Shown here in pieces: positions 41,957 through 51,013 of a DNA stretch of 64,000 nt. The notes below the pieces were generated by a model, which was not told where the DNA came from, did no database searches, and saw only the letters and a list, made by a program, of their open reading frames with translations. This DNA is from Verrucomicrobiota bacterium. Lineage in GTDB: Bacteria > Verrucomicrobiota > Verrucomicrobiia > Limisphaerales > RI-55. The stretch is taken from assembly GCA_041689265.1 (NCBI GenBank), contig JBDNGP010000045.1, forward strand, positions 1,029 to 65,028, in the 5' to 3' direction. The first letter of the stretch is position 1, and each line of letters opens with the position of its first letter. The position numbers and the translations under genes are program-made.

Positions 41957-42604
41957 ATGCTTGGATCTGGATTAGCAAAAGGCCTGAAGGAAACGGCGCG
42001 CAATTTCTTCGGAAGTTACGTGAGCAAGGAGCGGCTGCCCACGATCGAGTATCCCGAGGAACCGGCCGTCATCAAGGAGAACACCCGCCAGTTTCCTATT
42101 CTCGTTTTCGATGACAGCGACGATCCGATGAAGACGTTGCGGTGCGTCTCCTGCCAGATCTGTGAGAAGGAGTGTCCGCCCAAGTGCATCTACATCGTCA
42201 AGAGCAAGGACAAGAAACCGGACTTCGTCGGCAAGCCGCAGCTCTATCCGGCCGTCTTTGACATTGATCTGTCCGTCTGCATGAGCTGCGGGATTTGCGC
42301 GGAGGTGTGTCCGTTCGAGGCCATTTTCATGGACAACAATTTCGAGATCGCCAACACTGATCGCTTCGACGCGTTGCTCGTCAAGAAGGAGCAGCTCGCC
42401 CGGCCCAATTCATATCTGCAAAAGATCAGCCCAACCCTGGCGGCAACGATTGACGAACGCCGGGCCGACGTGGTCGTCAAAGCCGAGGAAAAGAAAAAGG
42501 CTGACGAAGCCAAGGCGAAAGCTGCCGCCGAGGAGAAGGCCGCCAAAGCAAAAACGGAGGGAACTCCGACAACTCCTGCCTCGACACCGGACGCGGGCTC
42601 GTAA
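41957..42604 (+). CDS. nuoI: NADH-quinone oxidoreductase subunit I (2x[4Fe-4S]) with Lys/Ala-rich C-terminal tail
   Basis: CVSCQICEKECP and CMSCGICAEVCP; tail KAEEKKKADEAKAKAAAEEKAAKAKTEG. The start was moved to the Met at 41957 (MLGSGLAKGLKETARNFF). Confidence 0.85.
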   Translation: MLGSGLAKGLKETARNFFGSYVSKERLPTIEYPEEPAVIKENTRQFPILVFDDSDDPMKTLRCVSCQICEKECPPKCIYIVKSKDKKPDFVGKPQLYPAVFDIDLSVCMSCGICAEVCPFEAIFMDNNFEIANTDRFDALLVKKEQLARPNSYLQKISPTLAATIDERRADVVVKAEEKKKADEAKAKAAAEEKAAKAKTEGTPTTPASTPDAGS

Positions 42605-42619
42605 AAACTGCCGCCGTCA

Positions 42620-43837
42620 ATGAGCCAACTTACGTTGACTACACCCATCCTCGCGACAGCCGACCAGATCCTGGTCAACTTCAAGCAATCCCTGGTCGGG
42701 TTGTTGCCCGAAATACTTCAGACCCCGGCAGCGGTGATGTTGTCGATCATTCCAATCATGATTTGTTTCGCCACCTTGTTCGCGCTCGCCACGTGGCTTG
42801 AGCGAAAAGGTCTGGGCCGGATTCAAAACCGGATCGGTCCGAATCGCGTCGGACTTCCCTTCACCAAGACCCGTCTCTATGGCCTCGGACAACCCATCGC
42901 CGACGGCATCAAGATGTTGATCAAGGAGGACATCGTTCCTCGCAATGCTGACAAGTTTCTGCATTTCATGGCGCCGGTGGCACTGCTGATTCCCGCGTTT
43001 CTTGCGTTCGCTGTGATTCCTTACGGCGAGGGCATTGTGCCGATCGATTTGGACGCTGGTCTCCTGTTCTTTTTCGCAATCGGCGCTTCGACGGAACTCG
43101 TCATCTTCTGCGCCGGTTGGGCGAGCCGTAATAAATACGCGTTGCTTGGTGCCATGCGGGCCATCGCGCAAATGATCAGCTACGAACTGCCGCTGATCAT
43201 CTCGACGTTCAGCGTCATCATGGCCGTCGGATCACTTTCGCTGGTCAGTATCGTGAACGCGCAATCCGGAAATTTCTGGGACTGGCACGTGTTCACGCCG
43301 TGGGGGCTCGCCGGGTTCATTCTCTTTTTCATCGCTTCGCTGGCGGAGGCCAACCGTTCGCCGTTCGACATTCCGGAAGGCGAGTCGGAGATCATCGCCG
43401 GGCATCTGATCGAATATTCCGGATTCAAATACGCGCTGTTTTTCATGGCAGAATATCTCGGCATGTTCGCGATGAACGGACTTTCCATTGCGCTGTTCCT
43501 TGGTGGCTATCACGCGCCGTTCGCGTTTCTCGAGGGATGGTTGCCGGGACCGGTTTGGTTCCTGGCGAAATTGCTGGTGCTGATCGCGCTGTTCATTTGG
43601 ATCCGCGGAACGATGCCGCGACTGCGCATGGATCAGCTCATGAACTTCGCGTGGAAATTCATGCTGCCGATGTCTTTGGTCGTCGTTGTAGCTGCGGGAC
43701 TCTGGAAATTTCTCGCCAACCCTGTGTTCGGCTGGCCGGTTTGCGGCGGCCTGATACTTGGCGTTCACCTTCTGCTGAGCAGAAGCCTGTTCGATGCGCG
43801 CGGGTGGCAGAAACGAACGTATCGATTTGCCGACTGA
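42620..43837 (+). CDS. nuoH: NADH-quinone oxidoreductase subunit H
   Basis: TWLERKGLGRIQNRIGPNRVG, GQPIADGIKML, EANRSPFDIPEGESEI. Confidence 0.93.
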   Translation: MSQLTLTTPILATADQILVNFKQSLVGLLPEILQTPAAVMLSIIPIMICFATLFALATWLERKGLGRIQNRIGPNRVGLPFTKTRLYGLGQPIADGIKMLIKEDIVPRNADKFLHFMAPVALLIPAFLAFAVIPYGEGIVPIDLDAGLLFFFAIGASTELVIFCAGWASRNKYALLGAMRAIAQMISYELPLIISTFSVIMAVGSLSLVSIVNAQSGNFWDWHVFTPWGLAGFILFFIASLAEANRSPFDIPEGESEIIAGHLIEYSGFKYALFFMAEYLGMFAMNGLSIALFLGGYHAPFAFLEGWLPGPVWFLAKLLVLIALFIWIRGTMPRLRMDQLMNFAWKFMLPMSLVVVVAAGLWKFLANPVFGWPVCGGLILGVHLLLSRSLFDARGWQKRTYRFAD

Positions 43838-43840
43838 TTC

Positions 43841-44338
43841 ATGGATTTGACGTTGTTCATCATTGGTGTTGCGACGGTGGCTGCGGCCATCGCCGCGATG
43901 TCGTTGCGCAACCTCATTCACTGCGTGCTCGCGCTGGCGGTTTGTTTTCTGGGAGTGGCAATACTCTTCCTGCGACTGGGCGCGGAGTTCGTTGGGTTTG
44001 CGCAGATCTTAGTTTACATCGGTGCCGTCGCGATCTTGATCGTGTTCGCGATCCTGCTGACGCGGTCGGGTGGTGAAGAACCGAAACCTTTTTTCAATTC
44101 CCAATGGTGGTACGGACTGGCTATCGCCGTGGCGGTCTTTGGCTGTCTCTCCTTCGCCATCCTCGGCGGAAAGTCCATTCAACCGCAGTCAATCACCGGT
44201 AACTCGACCACGGTAAAACAGATCGGCACGGAACTCATGACGACCTACGTGCTGCCGCTGGAGGTCATGGGAATACTGCTCACCGCCGCGATGCTGGGTG
44301 CGGTGGTGATCGCCTGGCAGAAAGGGGAACGGAAATGA
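43841..44338 (+). CDS. nuoJ: NADH-quinone oxidoreductase subunit J
   Basis: 165 aa, 5 TM. AEFVGFAQILVYIGAVAILIVFAILL. Position between nuoH and nuoK. Confidence 0.88.
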   Translation: MDLTLFIIGVATVAAAIAAMSLRNLIHCVLALAVCFLGVAILFLRLGAEFVGFAQILVYIGAVAILIVFAILLTRSGGEEPKPFFNSQWWYGLAIAVAVFGCLSFAILGGKSIQPQSITGNSTTVKQIGTELMTTYVLPLEVMGILLTAAMLGAVVIAWQKGERK

Positions 44339-44646
44339 ACGAACTCCAGGCCTACCTGTTGATTTCCGCCGCGCTGTTCTGTGTCGGGCTCGTCGGCGTG
44401 CTCACCCGCCGCAACGCCATTCTCGTGCTGGTCGGCATCGAACTTATGTTGAACGCCGCGAACCTGAACTTCATCGCCTTCTGGAGTTTCAGTCCGAACG
44501 CCGCCTCCATCGACGGCATCATGTTCGTGATCTTTTCAATTGGCATCGCAGCGGCGGAAGCCGCCGTTGGACTGGCATTGATCATCGCGATCTATCGCCA
44601 TTACAAATCCGTCAACGTGGATGAAGTGAACTCTCTGAAGGGCTGA
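44335..44646 (+). CDS. nuoK: NADH-quinone oxidoreductase subunit K
   Basis: 103 aa. GIELMLNAANLNF, AAAEAAVGLALI. ATGA overlap with nuoJ. Confidence 0.9.
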   Translation: MNELQAYLLISAALFCVGLVGVLTRRNAILVLVGIELMLNAANLNFIAFWSFSPNAASIDGIMFVIFSIGIAAAEAAVGLALIIAIYRHYKSVNVDEVNSLKG

Positions 44647-44649
44647 GGC

Positions 44650-45894
44650 GTGGACAAGCATTGTAACACAACGAAGCGATGGTGGGGGCTGATAGCCTCC
44701 GCCGTCCTTGCTGTGTTTGTCTGGTTATTGTGGTGGCCCGATCCTTCGCAGGGTCCTGTAGTTGATGGTAAGCGGCTTTCAGTCTGGCTCGAAATTTTTG
44801 CGACCTCCTACTACCACCCATCACGCGCCATTGATGATCTTCCCAGGTACGCCGGACTATTCCGCAAAGCTGGTCCGCCGGGGATCGTGTTTCTTGAGCA
44901 CAAGCTGACGGAAAAATCTGAATTGGAAACAAAGTATGTCAGGCTAAAGTCGAAATCGCCGGGCTGGTTATTCAAGGTTTTGCCGACTGTGCGCCTAGAT
45001 GATTGGCGGCAGAAGGAATGCGCGGCCCTGATTCTAGGGGAAATAGGACCACCAGCTTCGAACGCGGTGCCAGCGCTGGTGGGGCAGCTGAACTTCACCG
45101 AAGTCAGGGAAACGGATAAATCAAAAGGGGAATCGAACGGCACATCATACAGCCCACTTGCCCGCGCCCACGCGATTCGGGCGCTGGCGCGAATCGCGCC
45201 TGACTCGCCTGTGGTCGTTGCTGCTCTCATTGACGCCTTGAAACAGAAATATGTCTGGGTTCCGAAGTCTATCTCCTCGCCCAGTTCGTTCGGCAAGAGC
45301 TCGGTGGCCGATTACGCAGCGGACGCGTTGGCTGGATTGGGGCCAGAGTACAAAGACAAAATTCCGGGGATGATCGCAAACCTGAAATACCAGGATCAAA
45401 TGCAGTTTAGAGGTGCGGGTATGACCAATGTCTATCCGGTCGGTTCGTCTGCTCCTGGTGACGGAGAATCAGTGCCGCGACTGGTCACCGAACTGAAGAA
45501 TTCTGATCCCGAAGTGCGTGATGCGGCCGCATACGACTTGGGGGCAATTCGGCAGGACAAAGAAAAGGCTGAAGCTGCTTTGCCCGCAGTTACAGAAGCT
45601 TTGAACGATGACGATGCTTTTGTTAGAATGAGAAGTGCCGAAACCATTCTCACGATCGATCCCATACGATTTAAGTTGGTTCTACCGACCTTGATCAATT
45701 CCCTCAATGAAACGAATTACGTCATTCGGTTGCGCGCGATTGAGTTAATTCGCCAAATTGGTCCCGACGCCAAAAATGCCATGTCTTCATTGACGAACTC
45801 TTTGCACGATGAGTCAGCTACTGTGCGGACGTGGGCGCGAGAAGCGTTGATTCAGGTTGGCCTCAAAGCCGGAGTCAAATCAGGTATCAAATGA
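44650..45894 (+). CDS. membrane-anchored HEAT-repeat protein embedded in the nuo operon
   Basis: GTG start 3 nt after the nuoK stop, and its stop overlaps the nuoL ATG (ATGA). N-terminal TM RWWGLIASAVLAVFVWLLWW. HEAT/PBS-lyase-like repeats: DPEVRDAAAYDLGAI, DDAFVRMRSAETILTI, NYVIRLRAIELIRQIG, ESATVRTWAREALIQVG. Confidence 0.75.
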   Translation: MDKHCNTTKRWWGLIASAVLAVFVWLLWWPDPSQGPVVDGKRLSVWLEIFATSYYHPSRAIDDLPRYAGLFRKAGPPGIVFLEHKLTEKSELETKYVRLKSKSPGWLFKVLPTVRLDDWRQKECAALILGEIGPPASNAVPALVGQLNFTEVRETDKSKGESNGTSYSPLARAHAIRALARIAPDSPVVVAALIDALKQKYVWVPKSISSPSSFGKSSVADYAADALAGLGPEYKDKIPGMIANLKYQDQMQFRGAGMTNVYPVGSSAPGDGESVPRLVTELKNSDPEVRDAAAYDLGAIRQDKEKAEAALPAVTEALNDDDAFVRMRSAETILTIDPIRFKLVLPTLINSLNETNYVIRLRAIELIRQIGPDAKNAMSSLTNSLHDESATVRTWAREALIQVGLKAGVKSGIK

Positions 45895-47951
45895 ATTGGA
45901 TTGTCAAAAATCTCTGGCTGATTCCGTTCCTGCCGTTGCTGGCGGCGGCGGTGTTGTCGGTCATGAAGAAGTCGCAACGGCGCTTCGGTCCGCCGCTGGC
46001 CATCGGTGCGATGGGACTGGGATTTCTGCTCTCGCTCGTGGCGTTCTTCACGACGTGGACAGAGACCGGTTATCGCAAAGCTTACAACTTCGACTGGCTG
46101 TCCATCGGCGACACAACCTTGCAACTCGGCTGGGTTCTCGATCCGTTGACGGCGGCAATGTTGTTGATGGTCACATTTGTCGGCGCGTTGATCTTCATCT
46201 TCAGCATCGGCTACATGGAGCGTGACGACAACTTCCTGCGCTTCTTCTGTTTCCTGTCGCTGTTCGCGTCGGCGATGCTCGGGCTGGTCATCGCAAACAA
46301 TCTGCTGCTGCTCTTCATGAGCTGGGAACTCGTCGGGCTCGCATCCTATTTGCTCATCGGTTTCTGGTATCAAAAACCGGCCGCCGCCGCCGCCGCCAAG
46401 AAGGCGTTCATGACGACGCGCATCGGCGACCTCGGATTTCTCATCGGCATTGTCTGGCTTTACAACGAAACGGGAACGCTGCTGTTTTACGACGACGGCA
46501 ACGGCTGCCTCGAACACTCGGCGCTGACCGCGATGGTCTCGAACACCGTGGGCGCAGGCATGCTCGTCAGCACCGCGATCTCACTCCTGATTTTCTGCGG
46601 TGCGATCGGCAAATCCGGTCAGCTCCCGCTCCATGTCTGGTTGCCGGATGCGATGGAAGGTCCGACACCGGTCAGCGCTTTGATTCATGCCGCGACGATG
46701 GTGGCGGCCGGTGTGTTCCTGATGGCGCGAATCTATCCGTTGCTGGCGATTCAACCACCGGGCGTCGAAGCGGTGTCCACCGCGTTGCACGTTATTACCT
46801 GGATTGGCGCGCTGACCGCGTTGTTCGCCGCGTTCATCGCCGTCGGGCAATACGACATTAAGCGTATTCTCGCATATTCAACCGTCTCGCAACTCGGCTA
46901 CATGTTCATCGGTCTCGGGACGGGCGGTGTGGGCGTCGCGATGTTCCATCTGCTCACACACGCGTGTTTCAAGGCGTTGCTCTTCCTCGGTGCGGGATCG
47001 GTGATTTACGGGTGCCATCACGAACAGGACATCCGGCGCATGGGTGGAATTCGGAAGTTCATGCCGATCACGTTTGCGACCTACACGGTCGGCATGCTGG
47101 CGCTCGCGGGCTTTCCACTGTTGTCCGGTTTCTGGAGCAAGGACGGGATTCTTCATCATGCCCACGGATTTGAACCGACCCAATGGCCGTTTTACATCGG
47201 GCTTGCCGGCGCGTTTCTTACGGCGTTCTACATGACGCGCCAGATGTTCTACGTGTTCGTCGGTGAGTACCGCGGGGTCAAACACGCGCGGAGCGAGAGC
47301 GACACGGATGCGTATAAGAAAGATCCGCATGAAAGTCCGGGCGTGATGACGCTGCCGCTGATCGTGCTCGCGGGATTCGCGCTGTTGCTCGGGTTTCTCA
47401 GCACGCCGATGTATCCTTGGCTGGAAAGCTATCTGGAAGGGCATCACGCGGAGTTCAGCTTCTCTCATTTTTGGCAGGCCATTCCGTTCATGCTGATCTC
47501 CTCGATCGTGGTGTTCATCGGACTCGGACTCGGTTGGTGGTTTTACGGTTTGGTATCGCGCCAGACTTCCGACGAGTCCGACCCGTTGGAGAAGAAGAGT
47601 CCGGTCGTATTCGGCTGGTTGAAAAACCGCTTCTTCATCGACGAGCTGTATCAAATCAGCGTGATCAAATGGGCCGAGAACTTTGCGAAGTTCAGCGACT
47701 GGCTGGATCGACAGGTTCTCAGCGGGATCGTTTATCTGACCGGATTGGTGATCTCGGCCGCCGCGTGGGTCGCCCGGTTCTCGGATGAATTTCTGGTCAA
47801 CGCCGGATTTGATGTCGGCTGTCGCGGTATAAAAACCGGCGGCACAAAACTCGGCGAAACGCAGAACGGCCAAATCCAAAGTTACCTTCGTGTGTTCGGG
47901 ATCACGATGGTGCTCGTCGTTCTCGTGCTGGCCTGGGGAGGTTCGAAATGA
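45891..47951 (+). CDS. nuoL: NADH-quinone oxidoreductase subunit L (long form, 686 aa)
   Basis: MNWIVKNLWLIPFLPLLAA, SWELVGLASYLLIGFW, GKSGQLPLHVWLPDAMEGPTPVSALIHAATMV. C-terminal lateral-helix region from FIDELY to the end is 105 aa. Confidence 0.9.
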   Translation: MNWIVKNLWLIPFLPLLAAAVLSVMKKSQRRFGPPLAIGAMGLGFLLSLVAFFTTWTETGYRKAYNFDWLSIGDTTLQLGWVLDPLTAAMLLMVTFVGALIFIFSIGYMERDDNFLRFFCFLSLFASAMLGLVIANNLLLLFMSWELVGLASYLLIGFWYQKPAAAAAAKKAFMTTRIGDLGFLIGIVWLYNETGTLLFYDDGNGCLEHSALTAMVSNTVGAGMLVSTAISLLIFCGAIGKSGQLPLHVWLPDAMEGPTPVSALIHAATMVAAGVFLMARIYPLLAIQPPGVEAVSTALHVITWIGALTALFAAFIAVGQYDIKRILAYSTVSQLGYMFIGLGTGGVGVAMFHLLTHACFKALLFLGAGSVIYGCHHEQDIRRMGGIRKFMPITFATYTVGMLALAGFPLLSGFWSKDGILHHAHGFEPTQWPFYIGLAGAFLTAFYMTRQMFYVFVGEYRGVKHARSESDTDAYKKDPHESPGVMTLPLIVLAGFALLLGFLSTPMYPWLESYLEGHHAEFSFSHFWQAIPFMLISSIVVFIGLGLGWWFYGLVSRQTSDESDPLEKKSPVVFGWLKNRFFIDELYQISVIKWAENFAKFSDWLDRQVLSGIVYLTGLVISAAAWVARFSDEFLVNAGFDVGCRGIKTGGTKLGETQNGQIQSYLRVFGITMVLVVLVLAWGGSK

Positions 47952-49522
47952 GCAATCTCCCGTTCCTGACATTCATCACCTTTTTCCCGTTGCTCAGCGC
48001 CGTGTTCATCCTGCTGCTGAACAGCCGGATGTCGGGCATGAACCGCATGGCAGCGATGGGTTCGAGTTTCATCACACTGCTGGCGACCGTCGTGGTGTGG
48101 CTGAATTTCGATCCGCAATCTGCGGCCATGCAGTTCGTGCAGCGATGGGATTGGATACCCTCGATCGGTGTCGAATACCACGTCGGCATCGACGGACTCG
48201 GCCTCGTGATGATCATGCTGGCGGCGTTGCTCGTTCCGTTTGCGCTGTTCATTTCTCCGGGCGGCGAGGGAAAGGGTTATTACTCGCTGATTCTGTTTCT
48301 CCAGACCGGTTTGATGGGCACCTTCACAGCGCTGAATTTCATTCACTGGTTCGTATTCTGGGAGATTGCACTCATCCCGGCGTTCTTCCTGATCAAGAAC
48401 TGGGGTGGTCGCGGAGCGGATCGTGCGGCGATCCAGTTTTTCGTTTATACCATGGTCGGCAGCATCGCGCTGCTGCTCGCCTTCCTGGCTTTGTTCCTGG
48501 CCGCCGGTCGCTTGGAATCGGCGCATCCGTTTGGCTTTCTTGAACTGGCTGATTTGGCGCGGAGCGGGGAACTCTCTTCCGCGCTTTCCGTGTCGCTTTC
48601 GTCCTTCGACGCGTTCACGACTGAGCGCGGGTTGATGCTGTTTATTTTCCTGCTGGCCTTCCTCGGGTTCGCCGTGAAATTGCCGATCTGGCCGTTCCAT
48701 ACCTGGCTTCCACAAACCTACGCCGAAGCGCCGACGCCCGTGACGATGCTGCTCACCGGCGCGATGTCAAAGATGGGCGCGTACGGGCTGATCCGGATTC
48801 TGCTTCCGATTTTCCCGAAAGAAATCCAGGCGCTGCAAACGCCCCTGCTCGCGCTCGCACTGGCCAGCATTGTCTTCGGCGCGGCCGCTGCGTTGATGCA
48901 AAAAGATCTCAAGCGCATGCTCGCCTATTCATCGATCAACCACCTCGGCTACGTCGCTCTCGCCGTGTTCGCAACCGTGGCGTTCACCTTCGACGAGTCA
49001 ACGGCCGTGACGGAACGCACGGCCGCGCTAAACGGTGCCGCATTGCAAATGTTTAATCACGGCATCACCGCCGCAGCACTGTTCGGGTTCGTTGCCCTCA
49101 TCGAAAAACGGTCGGGTGGTGCGCGCGGCATGGACGACTTTGGTGGACTGCGGAAAGTGGCCCCCGTGTTTTGCGGACTGATGGGCATTTCGATTTTCGC
49201 GTCACTGGGATTGCCAGGGTTGAACGGGTTCGTCGGCGAGTTTTTGATCTTCAAGGGTGTATTTGGGTTGATGCCGTGGGCAGCAGTGTTTGCCACTCCC
49301 GGCCTTCTGTTCACCGCGTGGTTTCTGTTGAACATGATTCAAAAAGTCTTCAACGGTCCATTGATCGAGCGTTGGAAGGAGTTTCCTGATTTGACGGCGA
49401 AAGAAATTCTGGTCGTGGCTCCGGCAACGGCGCTGATGTTCGTGATCGGCATCTGGCCACAGAGCGTGGTGGGTGTGCTCAACGAATCAATGAAGGCCTT
49501 GGCGAGCGGGCTTGGAAATTAA
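47948..49522 (+). CDS. nuoM: NADH-quinone oxidoreductase subunit M (copy 1)
   Basis: WIPSIGVEYHVGIDGLGL, FVFWEIALIPAFFLIKNWGG, PFHTWLPQTYAEAPTPVTMLL. ATGA overlap with nuoL. Confidence 0.88.
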   Translation: MSNLPFLTFITFFPLLSAVFILLLNSRMSGMNRMAAMGSSFITLLATVVVWLNFDPQSAAMQFVQRWDWIPSIGVEYHVGIDGLGLVMIMLAALLVPFALFISPGGEGKGYYSLILFLQTGLMGTFTALNFIHWFVFWEIALIPAFFLIKNWGGRGADRAAIQFFVYTMVGSIALLLAFLALFLAAGRLESAHPFGFLELADLARSGELSSALSVSLSSFDAFTTERGLMLFIFLLAFLGFAVKLPIWPFHTWLPQTYAEAPTPVTMLLTGAMSKMGAYGLIRILLPIFPKEIQALQTPLLALALASIVFGAAAALMQKDLKRMLAYSSINHLGYVALAVFATVAFTFDESTAVTERTAALNGAALQMFNHGITAAALFGFVALIEKRSGGARGMDDFGGLRKVAPVFCGLMGISIFASLGLPGLNGFVGEFLIFKGVFGLMPWAAVFATPGLLFTAWFLLNMIQKVFNGPLIERWKEFPDLTAKEILVVAPATALMFVIGIWPQSVVGVLNESMKALASGLGN

Positions 49523-51013
49523 ATGCTGACCTGGACCATCTATATTTCGTTTCTCGGAATGGCACTGCTGATGTGCCTGCCGAAGGAACGTCCTCAGCTC
49601 GCCCGCAGGGTCGCGTTGCTGACGGCGTCGCTCGGTCTGGTGGTCGCGTTGATCGGCGCGTCGGCGTTCAAGCCCGACGGTGGCATCCAAACCCTGGTGG
49701 ATTATTCGTGGATTCCGACCTTGGGAATTCAATACAATCTGTCGGTCGACGGCATCAGTCTGTCGATGGTGATGCTGACGGCGATCATTGCGTTCGTTGG
49801 CGTGTTGTTCTCGTGGAATATCGAGACGCGAACTAAGGAGTTTTTCGCCTACTACTTCGCGCTGATCGGCGGTTGTTACGGCGTGTTCCTCAGCTTCGAT
49901 CTGTTTCTGCTCTTTGTGTTCTACGAGATCGCGATTGTTCCGAAATATTTTCTGATCGCATCGTGGGGTTCGACCAACCGCGAGTACGGCGCGATGAAAC
50001 TCGCGATCTATTCCTTCGCCGGAAGCGCGCTGGTGCTGCTGGGGATCATCGCCGCCTACGTCGCCTCCGGAGCGAACTCATTCAGCCTCGTCGAGCTCGC
50101 CCAACACTCGTTCAGCGAAGGTCAGCAGGCCTGGATGTTCCCGTTGGTTTTCGTCGGATTCGGCGTGCTCGCGGGCATGTGGCCGTTTCACACCTGGGCA
50201 CCGACTGGTCACGTCGCCGCGCCCACCGCCGCGTCAATGTTGCTGGCCGGTGTGGTGATGAAACTGGGGGCCTACAGCTGTCTTCGAGTGGCGATGACGC
50301 TGTTCCCGCTCGGTCTGCAAATGTGGTCGCCGTATCTCGGCGCACTCGCGGTTACGGGAATCGTTTACGGGGCGCTGGTTGCGCTGACCCAGAAAGATTT
50401 CAAGTTCGTGATCGGCTATTCCAGCGTGAGCCACATGGGGTTTGTGCTGCTCGGACTGCTCTCGCTCAGCCAGATCGGTCTGAACGGCGCCGTGCTCCAG
50501 ATGTTCTCGCACGGGATCATCGCCGGGCTCCTCTTCGCGGTCGTGGGACGGATGATCTATGATCGAACCCACACCCGGGTGTTGAACGATCTTCAGTTGA
50601 TGCAGCTGCGGAAGACGCTTCCGTTTGCGGCGATTGTTTTTGTTATCGCGGGATTCGCCTCGATGGGCATGCCTGGTTTCAGTGGATTCGTCGCGGAAAT
50701 TCAGATCTTGATCGGCGCGTGGCACGGCTTCTCCGCTTACGCTATCCTTGCTGGAATCGGTGTGGTGATTGGTGTGGCCTACACGCTGCGCGTGGTGCAA
50801 AAGGCGTTCTATCCTGACAAGACTGAAATCTCGCGCGCGGAACTCAAACCGATGGAACTCGAACCGATCACGATTCAGGAGAAGGTGGGCGCGGTTATTC
50901 TTCTCGCCTGCACCGTGGTGATCGGCCTCTTCCCGGGAGTTCTGCTCGACTGGATTATTCCTGCATTCGAGTCGCCACTCTTCGATGAATTGCGGAAGGG
51001 GGTGGGCCAATGA
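49523..51013 (+). CDS. second NuoM-like antiporter subunit (copy 2)
   Basis: WIPTLGIQYNLSVDGISL, FVFYEIAIVPKYFLIASWGS, PFHTWAPTGHVAAPTAASMLL. Starts immediately after the nuoM stop. Confidence 0.85.
   Translation: MLTWTIYISFLGMALLMCLPKERPQLARRVALLTASLGLVVALIGASAFKPDGGIQTLVDYSWIPTLGIQYNLSVDGISLSMVMLTAIIAFVGVLFSWNIETRTKEFFAYYFALIGGCYGVFLSFDLFLLFVFYEIAIVPKYFLIASWGSTNREYGAMKLAIYSFAGSALVLLGIIAAYVASGANSFSLVELAQHSFSEGQQAWMFPLVFVGFGVLAGMWPFHTWAPTGHVAAPTAASMLLAGVVMKLGAYSCLRVAMTLFPLGLQMWSPYLGALAVTGIVYGALVALTQKDFKFVIGYSSVSHMGFVLLGLLSLSQIGLNGAVLQMFSHGIIAGLLFAVVGRMIYDRTHTRVLNDLQLMQLRKTLPFAAIVFVIAGFASMGMPGFSGFVAEIQILIGAWHGFSAYAILAGIGVVIGVAYTLRVVQKAFYPDKTEISRAELKPMELEPITIQEKVGAVILLACTVVIGLFPGVLLDWIIPAFESPLFDELRKGVGQ

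Noticed and set aside
41398-42114. 238-aa plus-strand ORF across the cysC 5' end and the nuoI upstream region
   Set aside because: It is antisense to the sulfurylase-like domain and is Ser/Arg/Pro-rich. The intergenic part is better explained as the divergent promoter region.
45852-51010. Multiple 200-360-aa minus-strand ORFs across nuoL, nuoM and nuoM'
   Set aside because: All are antisense to strongly supported complex I membrane subunits and are highly charged (Arg/His/Glu/Asp-rich), which is incompatible with real proteins here.
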